Shown here in pieces: positions 12,705 to 24,645 of a stretch of 63,924 bases of DNA. Origin of the DNA: Octopus bimaculoides (lineage: Eukaryota); assembly GCF_001194135.2 (NCBI RefSeq), contig NC_068986.1, positions 24,314,437 through 24,378,360 on the forward strand, in the 5' to 3' direction. Numbering within the stretch: position 1 is the first letter of the stretch; every line of letters begins with the position of its first letter. A program made the position numbers and the translations under genes. The notes under the pieces were generated by a model that was given only the letters and a program-made list of their open reading frames with translations, was not told where the DNA came from and made no database searches.

Positions 12705-12930
12705 AATACTTCTAATAATTTCTACAATAGGTACAAGGCTTGACATTTTGATGGGAGGAGGCTAAAATATTTTATTAACCCCGGTACTTAATTGACATTT
12801 CTTTTATCGGACCTGAGAGGATGAAAGTCAAATTTGACCTCGCCGGAATCTGAACTAAGAATGTAAAGACAGACGAAATGATGCTCAATATTTTGCCCAG
12901 CGTGCTAACCATTCTGCTAGCTCTCCGCCT
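12705..12930 (-). mobile_element. SINE, family A
   Basis: gaggatgaaagtcaaatttgacctcgccggaatctgaact...cgtgctaaccattctgctagctctccgcct. Confidence 0.75.
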
Positions 12931-13846
12931 AAACAATACTTCTTATAATGAATCCTGATATCGGTGACTTAAAACTTTCTAGAGACAGTATAAAATTGAT
13001 CACAAACAAATCATTGTATGGCAAAACAGGAAAGGTTATATCAACAAAGTTATATGATAGCATCAATGACTGAATCTAAGTATTTAACAGTATCTTTATG
13101 CCATTAAACTACTCATAATATTCGTTTCAAAAGCAGAAAAGTCTCTTTGTGCATCGATAGATCGCTTTCTAAAAACCTCGAACTATAAAAATTTAAATAA
13201 ACCCAAACAAGATTTGAATTCAATTCTGAACCTAGAGGTAAAACAAACTATCCTTCACCATATTGCATGCATGTCACTCTTATGTAAGTGTGACTTGGTA
13301 ACAATATTAAGGTATCACTAACTATTTTTGATCTCTAGGTAAATGTAAGCACACTTTCGTTCAATTTACTCTTGGTGTATGAGCTGGAGGGAGAGAAGAC
13401 TGCACCATCGATCTACTGGTATACATTTCCTGTTGATTAAACTGGAAGAAAGTGAAATAAAGTGACATGTTGAAGAATTCAACACTCAGTCCGATCTAGA
13501 GCACGAACTCACAATCTTCACTACTTCAATTCTAAAAATAGTAACATTAACATTGATGAATATGAGTATTATCGCAAGGATAAGTTTAGGGAAATTTTCT
13601 CTTTATGTCACTAATTCTTTTCTACGCTTCCTTAGAGTAGAGCATGAATATTTAATAGAAGATAGCTGAAATGCGGAAGAAATTGTCAGAAATTTTGAAA
13701 TGTTACTCCAAACCTCCTGTCAGTAGGAAATCATAAATATTAATGCCCTATTAAGCGATTACCTACAAATATAAAGGATACTGAGATTCTTGAAAGAATG
13801 TTATACACTGTTTTGCATATTTGCGAAATAAGTATCATTGCCGTTG

Positions 13847-13894
<48 letters not shown>

Positions 13895-14624
13895 GCGTAT
13901 ATGCAACACACACACACACACACACACANNNNNNNNNNNNNNNNNNNNNNNNNNNNNNNNNNNNNNNNNNNNNNNNNNNNNNNNNNNNNNNNNNNNNNNN
14001 NNNNNNNNNNNNNNNNNNNNNNNNNNNNNNNNNNNNNNNNNNNNNNNNNNNNNNNNNNNNNNNNNNNNNNNNNNNNNNNNNNNNNNNNNNNNNNNNNNNN
14101 NNNNNNNNNNNNNNNNNNNNNNNNNNNNNNNNNNNNNNNNNNNNNNNNNNNNNNNNNNNNNNNNNNNNNNNNNNNNNNNNNNNNNNNNNNNNNNNNNNNN
14201 NNNNNNNNNNNNNNNNNNNNNNNNNNNNNNNNNNNNNNNNNNNNNNNNNNNNNNNNNNNNNNNNNNNNNNNNNNNNNNNNNNNNNNNNNNNNNNNNNNNN
14301 NNNNNNNNNNNNNNNNNNNNNNNNNNNNNNNNNNNNNNNNNNNNNNNNNNNNNNNNNNNNNNNNNNNNNNNNNNNNNNNNNNNNNNNNNNNNNNNNNNNN
14401 NNNNNNNNNNNNNNATGTATATATATATATATACATACATATCCAACAACGGCAATAATATTTAAACGATTACGCACACACACATATATATGTATCTGTG
14501 TGTGTGTGCGTGTGTGTGTGTGTGTGTGAGTGTGTGTGTGTGTGTGTGCGTGCGAGTCGATACATAGACGTCATGCATACACACTGAGTATGGGAATGTT
14601 TTTATCTATCGTTACAGATATATA

Positions 14625-14664
<40 letters not shown>

Positions 14665-15452
14665 CGATCTTCCCTTTGTGTCTGTGTGCTTTTGTTTTCT
14701 CCAATAAAATCAGAGCCCTGTTCCAAATACGATTCAAGAAATTCATATCAGATTTTAGACATCAAATAATTGCTGTTCTATTCCTGAGTGTATACAATCG
14801 TACATAATCTCACCGACCCCCAATACCTGTATCTATATGTATGTGTGTGTGTGTTTGTGTGTGTGAGAGTGTAAGTATCTGCGTGCGTGTTCATCCGTGT
14901 TGTTGCAGTCAGTATTCTTAACTATTTTCAAAATTTCACCGGTCCTTTGAACGACTCTTAGCATGGCTTGTAAATTTATTCTATCCTCTCTGGTTATACG
15001 AAATATTAGGTTTTACAATCGTTTTGAAGTTTATAATAACATCTTCATTTAATTCTATTTAAATCTATAAATACGGATATAAGATTTGTAAATTGCTCTC
15101 AAATGTTTGTTTCCCTATGTAAATGATTTTCATTTTTTTGTCAAGCGATATATACACCAACCGGAAGTCTATATACCAATAAATTTACGTATCAAAAGAG
15201 TGGATACTGGGGCTTATGAAACTGTCTATGAGACCAATACTTAATTTCCTACTGTTTTCTTTTCATTTCAATGAACTTCTAAATGGTTAAACCAGAGGTT
15301 ATTCTTTCATCGTAATGTGTGCGTGTTTCATATCGCTGTAATTATCATTTTAATCTGCTGGATTATTGTTTCGATGAATAAAATTGTATTTACAGCGAAT
15401 ACCATCCCTAGAGAACGAATATCTACCGAGGAAATATATGTTGAACATCGCC

Positions 15453-15663
15453 TAATAATCCTTTCGCCTGGAAGCACAAGGCCCCAACTTTTGGGGATGA
15501 GATTAAGTCGATTACATCGACCCCAATGTAATCTGGTACTTATTTAGTCGACTCTGAAAGGATTAAAGGCAAAGCTGACTGCGGCGGAATTTGAACGTGA
15601 AGACAGATGAAATACCGCAAAGTGTATTGTCCGGATTGTTAACAATTCTGCCAGCTCGCCGCC
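15453..15663 (-). mobile_element. SINE, family A
   Basis: aagtcgattacatcgacccc...aaaggcaaagctgactgcggcggaatttgaac...ttctgccagctcgccgcc. Confidence 0.8.
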
Positions 15664-16314
15664 CCAGCATCTCCTAATAATGGTATTTATCAGGAGCATA
15701 TACTCCGGGTGTACTAGGTGTGCACTGCACACCCACCAAAATTGGCAAATTGATTATACATATCAACCTTACTCATTAATTTAATCACAAATCTTAATGA
15801 AAAACTTTTGTTATACTTCTGTTTGAAATTTGGTGGTATTGGGTGTGGTGGCACACGCAATACAACAACCCTTATACACCACTGATATTTATATCATCAA
15901 CATTAATTTAACACATATACACAGCGATGTCCATGTGATTGGAAAGCTCACCTTGAAACTCATCGCGTTTCCAGTTTCAGTCTTGAAACATATGTAATGA
16001 GATATAAATAAACCAAATGAATTTTCTAACTTCCTGTTGTTTTTTATACAATAACTGTTCAAATAATACTTCTAGAATTTTCAGATTTGATTTGTACAAG
16101 CTTTTGGTATGTACAAGCTTTTGATATGTACAAGCTTTTGATATGTACAAGAACGACAGCAACTACATACTGGACTATAATAATGGAATAAACAGATGAT
16201 CTTCAAAGGGGAGCTGGGATTTCACCCTACATACCTATATAATATGTGTTTGTATGTGTTTGTGTAAGTGTGTCTGCGTGTGTGTTTTTGCGTGTGCATA
16301 TATATGTATATATC

Positions 16315-16645
16315 CTAATAATTTTTCATCATCTTGGCTCAACAGCCATCACCGTTTGTTTTTACTGTCTTGTTCTGACTGTTCTGTTCTTGTTAACACT
16401 TTCACCCTCCGCAACAAATCTCAAATTTTATTTAATTTCCTTTGCGGGAAGGACTGTTTCAACGAAGTCGCGTATTGTCCTTACCTTCGAAACGTGGAGT
16501 CGATGAAACAGGGACAACTGATGAGGGGTATATTCTTTATGTTGCTTGTCTCGTTTTTCTGTTGGTTTTTTTCGTTGTTCGAAAAAAAGTTCGTTTTCGT
16601 TTCTCATTGTGTTTAACGTTTTTTTTTATGCCCTGTAGCCATATA
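16315..16645 (+). mobile_element. Probable Penelope-type terminal repeat (pLTR) relic
   Basis: GAAG...CTTC-GAAAC-GT half-hammerhead at 16464-16495, a CTGATGA at 16518 and a T-rich tail; resembles an Octopus-type repeat I recall. Confidence 0.45.
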
Positions 16646-18208
16646 TGCATGTATATATACATATATATGTAGGTATGTACATATATGTATGTATATATGC
16701 ATATATTTATATNNNNNNNNNNNNNNNNNNNNNNNNNNNNNNNNNNNNNNNNNNNNNNNNNNNNNNNNNNNNNNNNNNNNNNNNNNNNNNNNNNNNNNNN
16801 NNNNNNNNNNNNNNNNNNTATATGAAGAGATAGAAACAGAGGCGATAGAGAGAGGAAGGGAGAATCGTTCGTTGTGAGTTTGTGCATTTATGTATGTATT
16901 TATACGTATGTATATACATACCCTGTATATACATTGCCTATCTGTCTGTATATTTCGAGTTTCCGTTAGTATGTTAGACAAATATTTAGTAACTAAAGAA
17001 TAGTACGTGACATTAAACATTTTATACGTGTATGGACAGTAAAACGCAGCATAATTAAAATTCCATACTTCAATGATATTTCGTGGTTATGGCGAAAGAT
17101 CACAACATACCTCCTTAAATTTATTAAGCTTAGTAACTCTAATAAATACTCTTTCTTCACTAACGCAACTAGTTATTAGTAAACACGTAAACTTAATATT
17201 AATTTTGTTTAAAACCTTTCAAGTAATAAATTTAGTCACACACGCGTAAGTGAAATGAAGAGCTCTACCTCAAATATACTTATGAATACATGCAATCATA
17301 TACAGGTACAACACGTAATATATACTCACGCAAGCACACACAGACGATCGTGTGTGTGTGTATGTACGTTTAAATATATATATATATATATATATAAGCG
17401 TACATACTCACGAAGGCATATTTATTTTTATGTGGACATAAATGCACTTGCATCAATATTTTATATGTTGCTATCACAACATCTATCTATATACATCAAT
17501 ACCAATCTCTTTATCAATCGCCACTCTATATTTATGTATTTATCTGTCCGCTTGATTATTTTCTAGTCTGTGTTGCCTGTTTATCTTCTAGACTTTCAAT
17601 GAACGTAAAAGAAACTTCGACCTGGATGGATTTACAAGTGTAACAAGTCGTTAAAACAGAGATTCATAATTAAATTGTCGGTAGACTGCTTTCGAAAGCA
17701 ACACATCGCCCCCAACCTTCAGCATTTATGGGTAACTATTTCAGTTATTTATTTAATGTAACGTATACGCTTCGATCTAGGCTACATCTAAATAAGTTGA
17801 ATAGAATTTATGATTTGTTTAGAGATTAAACAATCACTTTTTCGGTATCTAGTTTTCACACCATTCTTGTTGTCCTTTTTTCTTAATATATTCATTTTAT
17901 TTTTATATTTATATTTCAACAACATTTTGTGGTTTTATTTTGGGCTACTAGTTGCGCCATAAATGAATGGAAGACTTGACTTTAAGTGTGTTTCTCAATG
18001 TCTCGTAAAATGTTTATTGCTGGCACGAAACCCCATTTGACTAACAGTTCATTTCAAGCATCCACATGCAGACGACAGCATGCACGTGCGCGCGCGGGCA
18101 CGCACACACGAACAAACACATTCACCCAGACATGCGTATAAATGTGCGTACGTATGTGTGTGTGTACGCATATACATATACACACATATATAGATATGTG
18201 CTTGTTTG

Positions 18209-18259
<51 letters not shown>

Positions 18260-19542
18260 TATAGTTCTTTGCATATACGTGTGAGTGGACAAGCAAATGC
18301 ATATATGAACATACAGAGATCCACATATATGGGCACGCTAGTATGATTATGCATTTTGCATATAATCGTATATTTTACATATGCATGCTTTCCTGAATTC
18401 ATATAAATATGTATGTTTTGTGCAGGAGGGTATATACTTAAATATATTGATAGTTGGTTTCATAGGAATCAAATGCGATCTGAAAAGGGAAATATGTCGA
18501 AACACAAAAAATGTATCCACACACCCGCCAATCATTGCGCAGACTTCCATGCATTCCTAACTTCATATAAATATGTAATTTTTTTTTTGTGCAGGAGTGA
18601 ATATACTTAAATATATACCCATAGTTGCGTTCATAGGCATAAAATGCGATCTGAAAAGGAGCATATAACTATACACAAAAATGCAATCCCATACCCACGA
18701 AACCTTGGACAGACTTGCATATAAACATGCGAACGGGTATAGACAAACATATGCATCATGTATGTATACGTGTGTGTGTGTATGTGTGTGTGAGTGTGTG
18801 TGTGTATGTATGTGTGTGAGTGTGTGTGTGTGTGTTGTGTGTGTTTCTATATGTATGTATATATGTATGTATGTATGTATGTATGTGTATATGAATGTAT
18901 GTATGTATGTAGGTAGGTATGTATGTACGTATGTAGAGGTACGCACCTATAGAAGAATTTATGTAGATTTATGCTTCTGAAGATCTTTAAATTGTCCTAA
19001 AACAGACTCTTCAGGCGAGTTAACGTGTAATGTATTCGGATTCGTTTTATGGAATATTACGAGAGTGTGAGCAGAGATGTGCTTTAACAATATAAAATCC
19101 TAAATAAAATTTCCCGTTTTACGACCCAGCATCTACAAAGAAACAAAAATCTACATCCAAACCAGATAATCCACCTACCCATCCATCTATTTACTGATGC
19201 ACAGACTAGACTTGCTGCATGCTCTGAAGAGCCGAACGAAATCACTGGATGCTTGGATATAGAAAGTCAAATTGAATAAAAAATATAACGTTGAAGATAG
19301 TAGCTACAGCATTAAAGATGCTGTGAATATATACGTATGGTCCTTAATTGCCTATGACTTGATTCAGCTCACCCAAATTTGAAAGCACGTTTCCTAGATT
19401 TTGTGTGCATTAAGAGGTAACAGCCAACAGAGTAGTTCTCAAGCGTTGAGGATACAGACAGAAACACAAAAACAAACACACATACACATAAATAGATATA
19501 AACGACTGGATTCCACACAATTTTCGTCTATCCGATGTATGT

Positions 19543-19910
19543 ATGTATGACTTATTCATCTGCACAGTTTGTGACAGACCATACCATTCTTTTGCTTGGT
19601 TCAAATCTCATTTGCGAACCCGTGGAAAACGAACCTCCACCTACTGTTCTGCCTATATCTCTGTACACACCTTTGAATGCAATGTATGCCAGAAGGTCTG
19701 CAAATCTAACGGAGGCCTCAAAAGACATTTTAAGATCCACAAAGATCAGAACTTATCTGCAGCTCTTGATGGTCCAAATTGGATGTGCAATCTATGTGGA
19801 TGTCTTCTCAAAACATTGGTTTAAACAGCCACATCATATGCATGATTGTTCTAACGTGTAGGTACAGGAAACGGTCAAACTCTACACAAGGAGTAGACAA
19901 CCACCAAATA
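19543..19910 (+). pseudogene. Degenerate three-finger C2H2 zinc-finger fragment, probably the 3' end of a LINE
   Basis: CTVC..HLRTR, CNVCQKVCKSNGGLKRHFKIH (intact) and CNLC..(frameshift)GLNSH; no upstream coding sequence or splice acceptor. Confidence 0.6.
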
Positions 19911-20816
19911 TGTACGTATGTGTGCGTGTGTATATATATATGTATATATGTATATANNNNNNNNNNNNNNNNNNNNNNNNNNNNNNNNNNNNNNNNNNNN
20001 NNNNNNNNNNNNNNNNNNNNNNNNNNNNNNNNNNNNNNNNNNNNNNNNNNNNNNNNNNNNNNNNNNATATATATATTCAGGTGTTTTTATATATAGTGAG
20101 TAATACTGTTGATTATAAATTTTACACCTGTTATTTAACAGCTAATTTTCAAGATGCTATTTGTTTTTTAGATAATATATAATTCGTATATGTATACCAA
20201 ATAGTGTAAGAGATTTTTGCTTGCAATTTTCGTTGGGCTATGAGAGGAAATACTATACAGAAAATAATCAAATGGAAAATATAAAATTATGTTCTATATT
20301 TTGTATTTAATGTTGTTTATCAAAGTCGTGTTCAAACGGACTTGATTTGAAAGTCCTTCCAGGCGTGTGGAACGCATTCTATTTATTTATCTCTTTGTTT
20401 ATTTATTTATCTATATATTCAGATATTCTCTGTTGTGAAAACAGTAGGGTGTAATTTCATAAAGCTTTGGTTGTTAACTGTAGCAGTCGTATAGTGACCA
20501 GCCACCGATGTTTCCTACTTCATTTTGTCTTTTCCGTTTTTCTTGTATATCATACTGAATTGATAATGTTGTCGCGCCACAGCTGCCACTTCAGATGTTG
20601 ACAGTTTATTTAAATCTTTAATCACATAGCTCTATCGTATATAATTGCATACTTTGTTCAGAGGTTGCTACTATTTATGATAAATTTAGGACAAGGCTGC
20701 CTCCCATCATGTATGATTCACTTTCTACTATATTCATAATTTGTGTTTTTATTTTCTAAATTCTGTCTGCCTACCTGTAGCATCAATTTACATTTGTGTA
20801 TAGGACTAGATATGTA

Positions 20817-21994
20817 TACGAGGGTGGGATAAAGTTCATAGGTTGACGATGAAGGGAGTGATGCATGAGCTGTGAAATCTTGCATGAATTAATATCCACT
20901 CTTCTGATCAACAACTGCATTAACTCTTTCCAGCACAACTGACATCTGACTTTTCAAAGATTTCAAAAGTAACTAATAAAGATCTCTTGAAAATGGACAA
21001 TAGATATCATTGCGGTTTTATCAAATATCGGTAGACAATGGGTTTAACCGCTAAGTACATTCATGCAAACATGGTTGCTACATTAAAGTATGTCACTCCA
21101 ACTTTATAAACAGTCAAACAGTGGGCAGATGAAGTTTGGACGGAAAGGGCGAGTCTCGAAGATTACCCTAGGTCCGGATGTCCTGCAACAGCCGCCACCA
21201 AATAAAACATTGATCACGTTCCCCCACATGATGACTATAAATGAAATAGTCAATGCTCGTAATATATCCCATGAGTGAGTTGAGAAATTTCTGAACAATG
21301 ATCTTGGCGGAAGGTTTCTGATCAATGGATGCCACTTGTTTTGACACCTGATCAAAAGTGCTCCAGGTTGCTTTGCGCAGATCTAGCTGGTTTCCTTTAA
21401 CGTTTTCTAACCCACGATGAGTGTTGGCTTCATAACTTTAAGCCATAGAAAAAGAGACAATCCATTCAGTGGAAACACCCCTCCTAATCCACTCCAAAAG
21501 AGACCAAGGTCGTTTCATCTGCAGAGAGAGTGATGGTTTCAGTGTTTTGGGGAAGCAATAGACATTGTGCTTATTGATTATCTTCAAAAGGGTCACGCCA
21601 TCAACGGAGAGAACTTGCTGAAGTTACGAAAGACTCTCAAGAGGAAATGCCCTGGAAACGCGACGAGAAGGACAATGCTCTAGTGATCAACTCCTTGGTC
21701 TGAATAGTTGCCGTTCGTGACAGTGGCTTTAAACCGGTTGATCACCATCCCTATTCTCTTGATTTAGCGACATATGACTATCATTCACAACATGAAAATC
21801 CATTTGGCTGGGAATCAGTATCGCAGGAAGATGAAAGCTTCGTTCCCAATCAAATCTATGCACTGCAACACCGCTTAAAATGAATGTATGGGCTACAAGA
21901 GGTTGGGGCGCTATGTTGAAAGGTAAACCTCAACTGGTCACATTCCTTGGGGAGTATCTTGGTCAATCTATGAAGTTTTCAGCTGACTCCCGTT
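20817..21994 (+). mobile_element. Decayed mariner element
   Basis: TIR-like tacgagggtgggataaagttcatagg / ctatgaagttttcagctgactcccg; fragments FLTHDECWLH, VMVSVFW and HPYSLDLATYDY (YSPDLAP motif); many stops and frameshifts. Confidence 0.8.
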
Positions 21995-23477
21995 ATCAAT
22001 AGCGACCAAAGGAATATAAAAAAAACTACTGCACTTTTCTTTTACTGTCAGGTGAGGACTGATGAAACACATTGTTGTCATGTTCTTTTGATATTTTATT
22101 TGAAAAAACAATGGTATGACTGTCACACTAAAACGGACTTCCATTCTCTCATGGTTAACGTACTTATATGGTTTTTGCCACTCTAAGAAACGACATATAT
22201 TGAAGTATCTCAAAGGTTTGAAAGCATCTCCGTCCACTGTTACGGACGGAGTGTTTTGACTCGAATGGATAACGATAATGACATGAAATATTATGACATG
22301 GTGAACCAAAGAATTGTATTACTTACTAAAGAAGATTTGTTTCATCAGAGTTACTTCAAATGTCACTTAGTTGTACCACGATTTATCAGCGTCTTCTGTG
22401 GTTCAGCAAATTCAGAACCAATTCTACATGCGACGAGTAAAGAAGCGAAAGAATCCAAAGCTTAACTCATCACGGACGTTTGTACAACTAGATATTTGCT
22501 TACCTTCCTAAAACAAACTTCAAGTAATAACATCTGGAGCCATCAAAAGCATGATTTAATCACATATTCCACATTGCAGGTTGAATGTTATAAATGTGCA
22601 CGCACACACGTGCATGGACGCGCACGCGCACGGACGCACACAAACATACACGCACACACACACACATAAATCGCACACACGCACTTAGACACACTTATAA
22701 TTATGATAGTTTCCCATACAGTATGGGATGAGCCCAACCCTCTCCTAATGAATTCATGACTACGAAGATGTGGCATAGGACACCCAAACTACAACTCAAC
22801 AAGATCGAACGCGGAACTAAATGGACAAAAGGCAGACATTTTTACCACGCAGTAATGCCAGCGGCTATTACAGAAAAGAAACTTTATACTGATTTTAGCA
22901 AGTGAAAAGATCGATTGTAGATTATCAGATATTTTCTCCATTCGGAGAAATGGAATTGAATTGAAAGTAACGAGTGATAGGTCAAAGAAGAGGGTCAAAA
23001 TTGTTGGAAGTAGGTCAATGGGGTTAAACACACAAATGCTGCTATGTAATTTAGTGTTACATTTCCTGGAAGAAATGTTATCAAAGATATGAAAAAAACG
23101 CAAGTTAGAAATAATAAAGAGGAAAAAAAACGGATTGGAATTGGAAACCTGAAAAACTGGGAATCGATATGAGAAATAGAGAATCTATAGGTATTGTGTT
23201 ACATGCCATTTTCTGACTAGCATTGTAACACATTCATGTTTCTGTCAGGGATGAACAATAGAAGCAAGTTCTTGGTTACGTACGAAAGAAATTGTATTTG
23301 CACATACAAATCTGTAAGATATAGAATAAGCTGTAGAACTATATATATATGTATATATNNNNNNNNNNNNNNNNNNNNNNNNNNNNNNNNNNNNNNNNNN
23401 NNNNNNNNNNNNNNNNNNNNNNNNNNNNNNNNNNNNNNNNNNNNNNNNNNNNNNNNNNNNNNNNNNNNNNNNNNNNN

Positions 23478-24297
23478 AACATCTCTTATTTTTCGAGCTC
23501 CATCCGCAGTAACCGAGCGGTTTCAAGCAGTTCGATTTCCTGCAAGTACTCCACCCTTATAGCAACCCCTATTTGTTCCATTTATTTCACAAGATTTTTA
23601 CTCACTGTTCCGAGGGCTCCGACAATTATTGGTACTACTACCACTTTTTTCAGCGACCACAACTGCTTAACCACCCAAGCAAACCTGTCATATCTATCAA
23701 CTTTTCTTTCTTCCTTATCTCATACTCAGTTGTCAGCTGGGCATGCTATATCTATGATCCAGCATAGTTTGCTTTCTTTCTAAAGTAACATTATATCTGA
23801 TGTCCTATTCTCTATCTCTTGGTGGCACTGAATTATTAAATCCCATAGGATTTTTGCATTATCATTTTCGACGATGCCTTCGGGTTTATGTTCTTACCAC
23901 TTTTTGTTCCTTCAGGTCCATACTTTTTGCAAAGAGTCCATTGGAAAAGCCTTGCTATATTGTCATGACGTCTCTTATATTCTTTCTGGGACAATGGCGT
24001 ACATTCACTGGTAATATGCCATACGGTTTCACCATTTTGTCCACAAATTCTGAACATATCATTTTCTGCTGTGTTGTCTATGCTGTATTTTATGTAATTG
24101 GGTCTTAATGCTTGCTCTTGTAGAGCCTCCGTTTCCGATTTTAAATCACTTTTAGTCATCCATAGCCATCTTTTTTCCTCTGTGTGTCTTATTTTCAAAA
24201 TGCCTGATATTGTCCATGCATTTCTTTTTATCCACCCATTTTCAGTTTCATCCATTCTCAAGTGCCTGTGCAATACTTTATCTTTACAATCTTCCAT
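23478..24297 (-). mobile_element. R4/Dong-like non-LTR retrotransposon 3' fragment (Zn knuckle plus restriction-like endonuclease)
   Basis: WMTKSDLKSETEA..QEQALRPNY..RICGQNGETVWHITSEC..EYKRRHDN (CCHC-type) followed by the ILWDL-type endonuclease region; 5' junction abuts an (ATT)n tract. Confidence 0.85.
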
Positions 24298-24444
24298 CCT
24301 ATTATTTTTATTTTTATTATTATTATTGTTATTATTATTATTATTTTAATTATTATTATATTGGTGTTTAAGATCCTTGATGAGGTGAGTGAGGCGGTGT
24401 AGCATGATGTATTACACGTCTGTCCAAAGGCTTGTGTCTCTGTT

Positions 24445-24645
24445 CTTGGCCAAACTGTGCCTATATAAGGAGCAAGTCGATAACATAGACTCTAGTTCTT
24501 GGCTGGTACTATGTTCTATCGAACTCGAAAGCGTAAAAGATAAAGTTGACCGCGATTAGATTTGAACTCACAACGTAAAGTGCCGGAACTAATATTGCAA
24601 AGCATTTTGTTACCACGATCTCTCGATTCAACCATCTCTCCGACT
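24445..24645 (-). mobile_element. Degenerate SINE, family A
   Basis: ctggtact...atcgaactcgaaagcgtaaaagataaagttgacc...atttgaactcacaacgtaa. Confidence 0.55.

Noticed and set aside
12307-12765. 152-aa ORF, with related ORFs at 34344 and 55886
   Set aside because: Antisense reading of the family B SINE; recurs with each copy and is not a gene
21968-23110. ORFs of 69-113 aa and a long purine-rich plus frame
   Set aside because: No motif recognised, in-frame stops and no convincing splice pairs
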